From a virus (taxonomy: Duplodnaviria; Caudoviricetes): 56,790 bases of DNA. The notes under the pieces were generated by a model. It was not told the DNA's origin, searched no databases, and saw only the letters and a list, made by a program, of their open reading frames with translations. The stretch spans positions 1 through 56,790 of IMG/VR virus record IMGVR_UViG_3300046820_001502; one strand, written 5' to 3'. This document shows positions 48,701 to 56,235 of this stretch, piece by piece. Position numbers and translations under genes: made by a program. How positions within the stretch are numbered: the first letter of the stretch is position 1; the number at the start of each line of letters is the position of its first letter.

Positions 48701-49302
48701 AATATATTTTGTCTTCTTTGTGTCTCAGTTAAAGGAAGATTTGATTGTGAAAGTGTACCACCACTTGTTAAATAAATCCAACTTTCTGTATCAGTTGTTC
48801 TATATGTAGCACTATAAGTACCACCACTGTATGCGACATAATAAAGTTGCGGAAATAAAGGATTTGTAAAATCATCTACAACCCAACCTTTTACAGGTGC
48901 TACAGTAAATGTGGTTGGGGATGCAATACTTAAACCAGAAAATGAAAATACCCCTGTTGAGGAGTTAACACTTGAAATATTATATGCAATGGCAACCCAG
49001 TTTGAACCGTTACTTGCAAGTTGTAATGAATTTGTTTCCCCTAATACAACAAATGACTTATCATCAATATTCTGACCAGAATATGGTAATACAGTAACCG
49101 CACCACCACCATTATTTTTAATTACAATTAATCTACCCTGTTTTCCAACAGCTGTCTGTAGTTGAACGTTAAAGGTACCACCTGTAACGTCAATCATGTA
49201 ATCACTATCAGTAACAGTATAAGTACTGTTAATTGTAAGTTGGGGGAATGTTATACCACTAAGAGATTTAAGCCCATTACGGGCAACGAATTCATTTGCC
49301 AT
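39724..49302 (-). CDS. Giant collagen-like fibre protein (3192 aa): N-terminal globular region, 675 Gly-X-Y triplets, C-terminal domain with six Cys-rich repeats
   Basis: Non-repetitive N and C termini in frame with the GTN/GTS repeat; TATTTAT upstream, terminator downstream. Confidence 0.88.
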   Translation of the reverse strand: MANEFVARNGLKSLSGITFPQLTINSTYTVTDSDYMIDVTGGTFNVQLQTAVGKQGRLIVIKNNGGGAVTVLPYSGQNIDDKSFVVLGETNSLQLASNGSNWVAIAYNISSVNSSTGVFSFSGLSIASPTTFTVAPVKGWVVDDFTNPLFPQLYYVAYSGGTYSATYRTTDTESWIYLTSGGTLSQSNLPLTETQRRQNIFLGKLGHADKTTIINAFSQPDFIQSPLSQLRDMFTPINLINGGIYPSANGANLRFNTSAQYLYGLGINFAANPLQPDTIYVSGTSPCTFQYRTQTGGTASNTTFIDPTKYDLNGVITTIPGGGGTSTNQRIYLVQNGVFRVQYGQQTYSSLAAAVAGIQTEQFVEFSNFNNDAILIGILSLRKDTTVLTDTAKALFFNVSKFGDVVGAAGGSPTTNLQQAYNNSSEPEIITNSTLGAVTIQRGSASDADPVLEIKNGAGVHKISFDGSGRTTTDALSITGITINSGATRFVVVDTSGNTYYRTSGADGTSGTNGTNGTNGTSGTNGTNGTSGTNGTSGTNGTNGTNGTNGSSGTNGTSGTNGTNGTSGTNGTNGTSGTNGTSGTNGTNGTNGTSGTNGTNGTNGTNGTNGTSGTNGTSGTNGTNGSSGTNGTSGTNGTNGTNGTNGSSGTNGTNGTSGTNGTSGTNGTNGTSGTNGTSGTNGTNGTSGTNGTNGTSGTNGTSGTNGTNGSSGTNGTNGTSGTNGTSGTNGTNGTSGTNGTSGTNGTNGTNGTNGTSGTNGTSGTNGTNGTNGTNGTSGTNGTNGTNGTNGTSGTNGTNGTSGTNGTNGTSGTNGTNGTNGTNGTSGTNGTNGTSGTNGTNGTNGTSGTNGTSGTNGTNGSSGTNGTNGTSGTNGTSGTNGTNGTSGTNGTNGSSGTNGTNGTNGTSGTNGTSGTNGTNGTSGTNGTNGTNGTNGTSGTNGTSGTNGTSGTNGTNGTNGTNGTSGTNGTNGTNGTSGTNGTSGTNGTNGTNGTNGTSGTNGTNGTSGTNGTSGTNGTNGTSGTNGTNGTSGTNGTNGTNGTNGTSGTNGTNGTSGTNGTSGTNGTNGTSGTNGTNGSSGTNGTSGTNGTNGTSGTNGTNGTSGTNGTNGTSGTNGTSGTNGTNGTSGTNGTNGTNGTNGTSGTNGTSGTNGTNGTSGTNGTNGTSGTNGTNGTNGTNGTSGTNGTNGTSGTNGTNGTNGTNGTSGTNGTNGTSGTNGTSGTNGTNGTSGTNGTNGTSGTNGTSGTNGTSGTNGTNGTNGTNGTNGTSGTNGTNGTSGTNGTSGTNGTNGTSGTNGTNGTSGTNGTSGTNGTNGTSGTNGTNGTSGTNGTSGTNGTNGTSGTNGTNGTSGTNGTSGTNGTNGTSGTNGTNGTSGTNGTSGTNGTNGTSGTNGTNGSSGTNGTNGTSGTNGTSGTNGTNGTNGTNGTSGTNGTNGTSGTNGTNGTNGTSGTNGTSGTNGTNGTSGTNGTNGTSGTNGTNGTSGTNGTSGTNGTNGTSGTNGTSGTNGTNGTSGTNGTNGTNGTSGTNGTSGTNGTNGTSGTNGTNGTNGTNGTSGTNGTNGTSGTNGTSGTNGTNGTSGTNGTSGTNGTNGTSGTNGTNGTSGTNGTSGTNGTNGTSGTNGTSGTNGTNGSSGTNGTNGTSGTNGTSGTNGTSGTNGTNGTSGTNGTNGTSGTNGTSGTNGTNGTSGTNGTNGTSGTNGTNGTSGTNGTNGTSGTNGTSGTNGTNGTSGTNGTSGTNGTNGTSGTNGTNGTSGTNGTNGTNGTSGTNGTNGTSGTNGTSGTNGTNGTSGTNGTSGTNGTNGTNGTNGTSGTNGTSGTNGTSGTNGTSGTNGTSGTNGTNGTNGTNGTSGTNGTSGTNGTNGTNGTSGTNGTNGTSGTNGTSGTNGTNGTNGTNGTSGTNGTSGTNGTNGSSGTNGTNGTSGTNGTSGTNGTNGSSGTNGTSGTNGTNGTNGTSGTNGTNGSSGTNGTNGTNGTSGTNGTNGSSGTNGTSGTNGTNGTSGTNGTNGTSGTNGTSGTNGTNGTSGTNGTNGTSGTNGTNGTSGTNGTSGTNGTNGSSGTNGTNGTSGTNGTNGTNGTSGTNGTNGTSGTNGTSGTNGTNGTSGTNGTNGTSGTNGTSGTNGTNGSSGTNGTNGTSGTNGTSGTNGTSGTNGTNGTNGTNGTSGTNGTNGTSGTNGTNGTSGTNGTSGTNGTNGTSGTNGTSGTNGTNGTSGTNGTNGSSGTNGTSGTNGTNGTSGTNGTSGTNGTNGTNGTSGTNGTNGTSGTNGTSGTNGTNGTNGTSGTNGTNGTSGTNGTNGTNGTSGTNGTSGTNGTNGTSGTNGTSGTRGTSGTNGTNGTNGTSGTNGTNGTSGTNGTNGTNGTNGTSGTNGTNGATGSPGTSGTNGTNGTSGTNGTNGATGSPGTSGTNGTNGTSGTNGTNGATGSPGTSGTNGTNGTSGTNGTNGATGSPGTSGTNGTNGTSGTNGTNGATGSPGTSGTNGTNGTSGTNGTNGATGSPGTSGTNGTNGTSGTNGTNGATGSPGTSGTNGTNGSSGTSGGGGGAISIFDEGNLVQSSATSINFIGTCITATSGTSGSVNVTLTCTGGGGSCNIDNTLIASNSGKFKLTPQPDTNTNFLWMGSSECGWNGCPWDIGVPIRFSANPLRGDTAFLGVPSPVNVRAGDSIRLCGNVWWKINLSSYQPSFVVALYLYQCNDLGDLIPLTTVISPAYFNMTSNYLCFDVSHTFTQYYNACDIFYVVGFNIVQDADTPTQEPRFTYTLNYEKDCTIPDGEFYVLRNCCEPTVTEIIVGSSLTIGTFWSDAQDNCWEIESTTLAAPNSIRTLVTNYASCSSCISSNPCPDNAVIDSCCVTGLEYVTGSLDLVVGDTFVDDNGLCWNVTSGTGAPVTAPTITIGTTGYTNCDDCITTNECPEFWFINSCCKVLPQEIISIPAGTVSIGEIWIDTNGFCWVINTQVNQLPTNYSISLASQYFGGCEACKTANPCPEVVYVTIRNCCNPLQVEVYATQAFVPQTGTIFTDTNGVCWEVTSWDLTGTVSWPVPIYNSKQFDDCTQCRLDVGGCPDYYLFSACCETGVTQVAYGVFTIGLSYLEVISDNCYVCVSITTDTPTSNFYTDTPYDTCEKCLESNPCNYYEVYNCCLNTNQVVLAQGGMGFSGFYDPLTGVCFDFVSSSTGPATVSVGTITAQYSDCTTCIAAHACPA
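39727..41010 (-). repeat. Six ~70-aa Cys-rich protein repeats (CC...C[W/Y/F]...CxxC...C)
   Basis: Read from the translation, e.g. NCCEP..DNCWEI..CSSCISSNPCP and SCCVT..GLCWNV..CDDCITTNECP. Confidence 0.85.
41716..47790 (-). repeat. 9-nt-period coding repeat (Gly-Thr-Asn / Gly-Thr-Ser), 6075 nt = 675 triplets
   Basis: Gly at every third residue; length exactly divisible by 9. Confidence 0.95.
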
Positions 49303-49420
49303 CTATATTATTTCTTTTTTCCCTATCCAAAAGAAAATCCTTTGATTTATTTGTTATTCAATAAATATTTGTTAAGTAACGATTATTACCTAAAAAGAAA
49401 AATTAAATAAAAGATTGATT

Positions 49421-52400
49421 TTAGAATACAATTCTTGTAGCGACTAAGATGTCCCAAGTACCTCCAGTAATTGTTGCAATTAAATCAACAATACCTGCGG
49501 TTACTTGGACATTCCATTTAAGATTCGCGGTAGAACCATTCAAATCAGGTGATGACACATCAGTAAATGCGGCCCCCGCATTATCCCAAGTTGCATATAC
49601 TTGACCAACTCTTTTTTGACCTGCATTTCCTGTAATACAATATTCGAAGAACGCAGCACATCCAAAATCAGATCTAAATCTATCGATAGTGGTTGTTGTA
49701 GTTATACCTGTTGCGGTTTTAGTATTAACTTTATCGTAACTTCTATTTAGAGTTAATATACCGTCAGTTCCATTATATGTGAAATTAGTTTCTGCAACTA
49801 TTCCTCCCGAGCCGTCAGATGTTAGTATTTCATTATCCGAACCTGGTACTACAGGTGATGATCCGCTTGTACCATCAGTACCTGAAGTTCCATTTGTCCC
49901 TGACGTTCCATTAGTTCCGCTAGTACCATTTGTTCCTGACGTTCCGTTTGTTCCTGAAGTCCCATCTGTTCCATTAGTTCCTGAAGTCCCATCTGTTCCA
50001 TTAGTTCCTGAAGTACCGTTTGTTCCGTTAGTACCCGATGTCCCATCAGTACCTGAAGTTCCGTTAGTTCCATTTGTTCCCGAAGTCCCGTTAGTACCAT
50101 TCGTACCATTCGTACCATTCGTACCACTAGTACCATTAGTTCCGCTAGTACCATCAGTTCCATTAGTTCCTGATGTACCATTCGTACCATTAGTTCCATT
50201 TGTTCCTGAAGTACCGTTGGTTCCATTTGTTCCTGATGTACCATTAGTACCATTTGTTCCTGAAGTCCCATTAGTACCATCCGTACCATTCGTACCATTA
50301 GTTCCGCTTGTTCCGTTAGTTCCGTTAGTCCCATTTGTCCCCGAAGTACCATCAGTCCCGTTAGTACCTGATGTTCCGTTTGTACCATTTGTGCCTGAAG
50401 TTCCGTTGGTTCCATTAGTACCTGATGTTCCATCTGTTCCGTTAGTTCCATTAGTCCCCGAAGTTCCATCTGTTCCGTTAGTACCTGAAGTACCGTTGGT
50501 TCCGTTAGTACCTGAAGTACCATCTGTCCCATTAGTTCCGTTAGTCCCATTTGTACCAGAAGTCCCATCTGTTCCTGATGTTCCGTTAGTTCCATTTGTA
50601 CCGCTAGATCCATCTGTTCCGTTGGTTCCACTTGTACCATTAGTACCTGAAGTACCATTTACACCTGATATCCCACTAGTACCATCTGTCCCTGAAGTGC
50701 CGTTAGTTCCGCTAGTTCCATCTGTACCATTTGTACCATCGGTTCCTGAAGAGCCATTTGTCCCATCGGTTCCTGAAGAGCCATTTGTCCCATCGGTTCC
50801 TGAAGTTCCATTTGTCCCATCGGTTCCTGAAGTCCCATCTGTTCCGTCAACACCTGAAATACCACTTGTCCCATCTGTACCTGAAGTACCGTCTGTTCCA
50901 TTAGTCCCATCTGTTCCGCTTGAACCATTTGTTCCGTCAGTTCCACTTGTTCCATCTGTTCCATTTGTTCCTGAAGTCCCATCTGTTCCGTTTGTACCTG
51001 AGGTTCCATCTGTTCCATTTGTTCCTGAAGTCCCATCTGTTCCGTTTGTCCCCGAAGTACCATCTGTTCCGCTAGTACCATCAGTTCCATTCGTACCATT
51101 TGTTCCGCTAGTACCATCAGTTCCTGAACTTCCATCCGTACCATTTGTTCCGCTAGTACCATCAGTTCCATTCGTACCATTAGTTCCACTTGTTCCATTC
51201 GTACCACTTGATCCGTCTGTTCCATTAGTTCCCGAAGTTCCATCTGTTCCATTAGTTCCCGAAGTTCCGTCCGTTCCGTTTGTACCGCTTGAACCGTTTG
51301 TACCGCTTGAACCATTTGTTCCTGAAGTCCCATCTGTTCCATTTGTACCTGAAGTTCCATCCGTACCACTTGATCCATTTGTACCATCAGTTCCATCAGT
51401 CCCATTAGTACCTGAAGTTCCATCAGTCCCGTTTGTTCCACTAGTACCATCAGTACCCGAAGTACCATTTGTTCCGTCCGTACCGCTAGTACCATCAGTT
51501 CCATTTGTTCCACTAGTACCGTCTGTTCCATTTGTCCCTGAAGATCCATTTGTCCCATCTGTACCGCTAGTTCCATTTGTCCCATCTGTACCGCTAGTTC
51601 CGTCAGTACCATTAGTACCTGAAGTTCCATCTGTACCATCAGTTCCATTTGTACCACTAGTACCACTAGTACCATCTGTTCCATTTGTACCTGAAGTACC
51701 ATCTGTTCCATTTGTACCTGAAGTTCCATCTGTTCCACTTGAACCATCTGTACCATTCGTCCCACTAGTCCCATCAGTCCCTGAAGTCCCATCTGTCCCG
51801 TTAGTTCCGCTTGAACCATCTGTTCCGTCTGTCCCATTTGTACCCGAAGTACCATCTGTTCCGCTAGTTCCATCTGTACCATTAGTTCCGTCTGTACCTG
51901 AAGTACCATCTGTTCCATTTGTACCGTCAGTACCTGAGGTTCCATCTGTACCATTAGTTCCTGATGTACCATTAGTTCCTGATGTTCCGTTAGTACCATC
52001 TGTACCTGAAGTCCCATCTGTTCCATTTGTTCCGCTAGTCCCATCTGTTCCATTTGTTCCGCTAGTCCCATCTGTTCCATTTGTTCCGCTAGTTCCATCT
52101 GTACCATTTGTTCCGCTAGTTCCATCTGTACCATTTGTACCGTCAGTACCATTTGTTCCTGAAGTTCCGTCTGTTCCATCTGTTCCTGAAGTTCCATCTG
52201 TTCCATCTGTTCCTGAAGTTCCGTCTGTACCATTTGTACCCGAAGTCCCATCAGTACCATTTGTTCCATTTGTTCCATCTGTACCATTAGTTCCTGAAGT
52301 TCCGTCCGTACCACTAGTACCATCAGATCCATCTGTTCCGTTTGTACCACTTGAACCGTCAGTTCCATTAGTTCCCGACGTACCATTTGTTCCGTTAGTT

Positions 52401-53536
52401 CCTGATGTACCGTTGGTACCATTTGTTCCTGAAGTTCCGTTTACTCCAGATATACCACTTGTCCCATCAGTCCCTGAAGTTCCGTCTGTTCCGCTAGTCC
52501 CATCAGTTCCGTTTGTGCCTGATGATCCGTCTGTTCCGTTTGTGCCACTACTACCTGAAGTACCGTCTGTTCCGCTAGTTCCGTCTGTTCCGTTAGTTCC
52601 CGACGAACCGTCTGTTCCGTTAGTTCCCGACGAACCATCTGTACCATTTGTTCCGCTAGTTCCGTCTGTACCACTAGTCCCATCGGTTCCTGAAGTTCCA
52701 TCAGTCCCATTTGTACCCGAAGATCCATCAGTACCATTAGTTCCACTACTTCCATCAGTACCATTTGTACCTGACGTTCCATTTACACCTGATAATCCGC
52801 TTGTTCCATCTGTTCCGCTTGTTCCATCTGTTCCACTTGTTCCATCTGTTCCACTTGTTCCATCTGTTCCACTTGTTCCATCAGTTCCTGAAGTTCCGTC
52901 TGTTCCACTACTTCCGTCCGTACCATTTGTACCTGAAGACCCATCTGTCCCGTTAGTACCACTTGATCCATCAGTACCATTTGTTCCGCTAGTTCCATCT
53001 GACCCACTAGTTCCATCAGTTCCTGAAGTTCCATCTGTTCCTGAAGTTCCATCTGTTCCACTTGAACCTGAAGACCCACTTGAACCTGAAGACCCACTTG
53101 AACCTGAAGACCCACTCGATCCTGAAGATCCATTAGTTCCGTCTGTTCCACTTGATCCTGAAGATCCGCTTGAACCTGAAGACCCACTCGATCCTGAAGA
53201 TCCACTCGATCCTGATGAACCTGAACTACCTGATGAACCTGAACTACCTGATGAACCGCTTGATCCTGAACTACCTGATGAACCTGAACTACCTGCAGTT
53301 CCTGATCCACCACTTGTACCACTTGAACCATCTGTTCCTGAAGTACCGTCTGTACCTGAACTACCACTACTTCCTGTGGCACCACTTAAAATTGCCTGTA
53401 AATCACTTAAAGGAGCATAATAAGAAGAACCTTGTGGGCTCTGAGAAGTGTCTCCCGTAACAACTACGTGAAAAATATCGTTTAAGGTTACAGCTGAAAC
53501 CCTACTCCTGTCCGTTAATCTACTATATACTGGCAT
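49421..53536 (-). CDS. Second collagen-like fibre protein (1371 aa; 392 Gly-X-Y triplets of GSS/GTD/GTS/GTN)
   Basis: Short unique N-terminus and ~145-aa beta-rich C-terminal domain flank the repeat; TATTTAT upstream. Confidence 0.88.
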   Translation of the reverse strand: MPVYSRLTDRSRVSAVTLNDIFHVVVTGDTSQSPQGSSYYAPLSDLQAILSGATGSSGSSGTDGTSGTDGSSGTSGGSGTAGSSGSSGSSGSSGSSGSSGSSGSSGSSGSSGSSGSSGSSGSSGSSGSSGTDGTNGSSGSSGSSGSSGSSGSSGSSGSSGTDGTSGTDGTSGTDGTSGSDGTSGTNGTDGSSGTNGTDGSSGTNGTDGSSGTDGTSGTDGTSGTDGTSGTDGTSGTDGTSGTDGTSGLSGVNGTSGTNGTDGSSGTNGTDGSSGTNGTDGTSGTDGTSGTDGTSGTNGTDGSSGTNGTDGSSGTNGTDGTSGTDGTSGSSGTNGTDGSSGTNGTDGTSGTDGTSGTDGTSGISGVNGTSGTNGTNGTSGTNGTNGTSGTNGTDGSSGTNGTDGSDGTSGTDGTSGTNGTDGTNGTNGTDGTSGTNGTDGTSGTDGTDGTSGTDGTDGTSGTNGTDGTNGTDGTSGTNGTDGTSGTNGTDGTSGTNGTDGTSGTNGTDGTSGTDGTNGTSGTNGTSGTNGTDGTSGTDGTNGTDGTSGTDGTNGTDGTSGTDGTSGTNGTDGTDGSSGTNGTDGTSGTDGTSGTNGTDGSSGTDGTSGTNGTDGTSGTNGTDGTSGTSGTNGTDGTDGTSGTNGTDGTSGTDGTNGTSGTDGTNGSSGTNGTDGTSGTNGTDGTSGTDGTNGTSGTDGTSGTNGTDGTSGTNGTDGTDGTNGSSGTDGTSGTNGTDGTSGTNGSSGTNGSSGTNGTDGTSGTNGTDGTSGTNGTDGSSGTNGTSGTNGTNGTDGTSGTNGTDGSSGTDGTSGTNGTNGTDGTSGTDGTSGTNGTDGTSGTNGTDGTSGTNGTDGTSGTNGTDGTSGTDGTNGSSGTDGTNGTDGTSGTDGTSGISGVDGTDGTSGTDGTNGTSGTDGTNGSSGTDGTNGSSGTDGTNGTDGTSGTNGTSGTDGTSGISGVNGTSGTNGTSGTNGTDGSSGTNGTNGTSGTDGTSGTNGTNGTNGTDGTSGTNGTNGTSGTNGTDGTSGTNGTNGTDGTSGTNGTNGTSGTNGTNGTSGTNGTDGTSGTNGTNGTNGTSGTNGTNGTDGTNGTSGTNGTNGTSGTNGTNGTSGTNGTNGTNGTSGTNGTDGTSGTNGTSGTNGTNGTNGTNGTSGTNGTNGTSGTDGTSGTNGTNGTSGTNGTDGTSGTNGTDGTSGTNGTSGTNGTSGTNGTSGTNGTSGTDGTSGSSPVVPGSDNEILTSDGSGGIVAETNFTYNGTDGILTLNRSYDKVNTKTATGITTTTTIDRFRSDFGCAAFFEYCITGNAGQKRVGQVYATWDNAGAAFTDVSSPDLNGSTANLKWNVQVTAGIVDLIATITGGTWDILVATRIVF
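49856..53383 (-). repeat. 9-nt-period coding repeat, 3528 nt = 392 Gly-X-Y triplets
   Basis: Gly at every third residue; length exactly divisible by 9. Confidence 0.95.
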
Positions 53537-53614
53537 TTCAAACTATAAATATTTATGACTTGTGAAGTATCTACTCATATTATAATAATTATTTAACTTT
53601 ATTGTTTATAAAGA

Positions 53615-54043
53615 TTAAATTGCAAAATTACTACATGGTATAAAACTTCCTGATGCCGTAGGCGTAACTGTTGGCGTTAAAGTATGTATTGGGGTTCGAG
53701 TAGGAGTTGGTGTTGGTGTACTTGAAGAACAAGGTAAAGGTGATGTTGTCGGACTTGGTGTTGGTGTTGCAGTTGGTGTAGGTGTTTTAGTCGGTGTATG
53801 TGTTGGGGTTGTTGTTGGTGTAGGTCTTGGTACATTTAAAAAATAAGGACAATCTGTACCAACTACTAATATTGTGTATGTTCCAAAAACTTCTCTTGGT
53901 GGAATTAGTAATGAAGGATCAAATGTAAATGGTAATGTAACTTCCCCAAGATTGATCACCACATCACTATTATCCGGTTTAAATAAAACTTCCGCCAATT
54001 CACCCTCATTAAAAACACTATTGATTATAATATTTTGACTCAT
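53615..54043 (-). CDS. Small putative virion protein with a mucin-like Pro/Thr tail
   Basis: ATG at 54043 (MSQNIIINS), just after the upstream stop; N-terminal module like 23969..26020. Confidence 0.65.
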   Translation of the reverse strand: MSQNIIINSVFNEGELAEVLFKPDNSDVVINLGEVTLPFTFDPSLLIPPREVFGTYTILVVGTDCPYFLNVPRPTPTTTPTHTPTKTPTPTATPTPSPTTSPLPCSSSTPTPTPTRTPIHTLTPTVTPTASGSFIPCSNFAI

Positions 54044-54045
54044 AA

Positions 54046-56235
54046 TTAATTGACTATTGTGTATGAAAAATCGTTTATAGCACAAGCCAAAATATCACAA
54101 TTAGGACAATCAGGATCGAACATCATGAAAGGTTCCTTTAATATTGAAAAGTTATGTTTAACTTCGGGTGCTGATAATGGTTCTGTATAAAATCTAAATT
54201 GAGAAATTGCACCATCAAAAGTCCCTGCAAAGTTTTCTTCTAATAATATGTGTGTTTTTAATTTATTTAATGTTGTAGCACTTAAAATATTTTCAGGAAA
54301 ACATTCAGGATCTTGGATATATAAACCTGGTGATGTTGCGGTAATTGCAGATAAAGTTAAATTTTCATGAAGTCCTTGAGTCCCTCCACCCCAAGACATA
54401 TTAAATGGAACCGCAACTTGTTTTTCTTTATCCGTATCCAAAGCACGAGGTATAACCTCTTCAAAATCTTCAATAGTGTAAAATATTCTACCATTTATAT
54501 AGATCTTTAATCTACCAAGTCTGAACTTTGTTTCATCTAACCAAGTTTGATTCAACGCAACTAATTCAATTTGTTCAGGAAATGCACCACCATTTGTATA
54601 TGGAGGAGCAATAAGAGCAATTGCATTATTTGCTAAACTTTGTAAAAATTCAACTCTTGTTATTTGATCTAACCCACCAAACCATCTTAAATCACAATAA
54701 TCTAAAAACGTATATCTTTCAAATACGACATCAACTTGGAACCAGTGTTCAAGATTCAACCATGCAGGATTTACCGTATTACAATACGGATATATTGGTG
54801 GAGTACAAATATCAACAATAGTATAACCTGTTGTGTAAGTTTGTCCTGTGATACAACTACCTGTAGTTTCACACACACCTGTTATTTTAATTGCTCTAAT
54901 CCCAATACCAGGATTTTTAGGATCACCACATAATCTAACTGAAAAATTATTAGACAACGCATCAAATTTAGGATCAACCTCACATGTATTTTGTACTGAT
55001 GAAAAAGTGTAAGATGGATACTTCGGAGGACAATAACAAGCGTCGGACTCACAACCACAAGCCGGACAAGAGGTACAACAAGGTGTTGTTTTTGGGCAAT
55101 TAACAACCGTAGAATAACTATCACAAGGTACTGTTGGGGTTGGTGTAGGAGTTGGTGTTGGGCTTGGGACCATTATGGTTTTACAATCGTGATCAAAACA
55201 CATCCATCCACAAGTCAAACAAGGTTGCAAATTACAACCGCAACCACATGTTAGTTTTTCTTTATCATCTCCTTTACATAAATCACAACCGTAATTTAAA
55301 TGTGGGTCATATTCACCACCTTTTGTTCTTGGTGGATATACGTATATACATCTACTATTTGTAATATAATAATCACAACAAGCACAAGTTTCTTCTTTTG
55401 TTAATCCTGATGTAACTCTCACATAATTAGGTTCACATTTTGGTGACCCATCGGCGTAATGATAAAATTTATTTTCCGCTCTTGTACCTAAGTAAAAGAA
55501 AGTGTTTCTATTATTTGGGTAAATTTGGTTTAATGTTGTGTATCCTGGTGGTGGTGTATATTCATCAACAAACCTCGGTTTTAATAACATCTCAACGGTC
55601 CACCCTTTTTTCATTCTTTCAGGTAGAATTTCATAATCATAACCAAACAATTTATAAAACCCTTGATAAAACCCACCATATAACTCAACGTATCTACCAA
55701 TAACAGGAGCCGTTTTTGAGACCATTTGGTATGTTGTATATAAAGGAACACCTGAAAACTTATGGTTTTGAGGAACATTTGTTGTTGTTTGAATAAATTT
55801 CATTCTTCTGTCGTAGAATAACCTATCAAACTTCTCAACGTCATCAAAAAATCCATTAGTATAACTTAATGTATCTCCCTTTATTTTATTTACCAATCCA
55901 TTATCAACGCCAGTAAGACCTATATCACATGTTGTACCTGCGGTAAAACAATCAAAATTCAAATCATCAGGTTGATAATAATTTTCAGACACAATTACAT
56001 TATTAGGATTATAAACACCATAACTTAAGTTTATATTTTGTGCTGATGAAGGATTATTTAAATCCACATTAACAGGAAGTTTTTTTCCGTTATCAACCGC
56101 AATAATAAAAGGTGAAAAAATTACTTCTTGATTAAAGTCTATTTCGTCTGATGCCAAAGACATATCTTGCCCGTCATAAATAACTTGCAGTTTTAACTTT
56201 GGGTAGTTATATTGATTTATATTTTGGTATGCCAT
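54046..56235 (-). CDS. Putative virion protein: split LamG-like fold with a Cys-rich insertion
   Basis: [42 protein letters not shown]; CGCGC and [10 protein letters not shown] clusters. Confidence 0.6.
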   Translation of the reverse strand: MAYQNINQYNYPKLKLQVIYDGQDMSLASDEIDFNQEVIFSPFIIAVDNGKKLPVNVDLNNPSSAQNINLSYGVYNPNNVIVSENYYQPDDLNFDCFTAGTTCDIGLTGVDNGLVNKIKGDTLSYTNGFFDDVEKFDRLFYDRRMKFIQTTTNVPQNHKFSGVPLYTTYQMVSKTAPVIGRYVELYGGFYQGFYKLFGYDYEILPERMKKGWTVEMLLKPRFVDEYTPPPGYTTLNQIYPNNRNTFFYLGTRAENKFYHYADGSPKCEPNYVRVTSGLTKEETCACCDYYITNSRCIYVYPPRTKGGEYDPHLNYGCDLCKGDDKEKLTCGCGCNLQPCLTCGWMCFDHDCKTIMVPSPTPTPTPTPTVPCDSYSTVVNCPKTTPCCTSCPACGCESDACYCPPKYPSYTFSSVQNTCEVDPKFDALSNNFSVRLCGDPKNPGIGIRAIKITGVCETTGSCITGQTYTTGYTIVDICTPPIYPYCNTVNPAWLNLEHWFQVDVVFERYTFLDYCDLRWFGGLDQITRVEFLQSLANNAIALIAPPYTNGGAFPEQIELVALNQTWLDETKFRLGRLKIYINGRIFYTIEDFEEVIPRALDTDKEKQVAVPFNMSWGGGTQGLHENLTLSAITATSPGLYIQDPECFPENILSATTLNKLKTHILLEENFAGTFDGAISQFRFYTEPLSAPEVKHNFSILKEPFMMFDPDCPNCDILACAINDFSYTIVN

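Noticed and set aside
41716-53383. Possible CRISPR array or non-coding satellite
   Set aside because: No constant repeat with unique spacers; variation is concentrated at synonymous positions of a coding frame
42446-53420. Plus-strand VPFVPLVP ORFs of 1785 and 1213 aa
   Set aside because: Antisense shadows of the Gly-X-Y repeat, coextensive with it and with no independent domains
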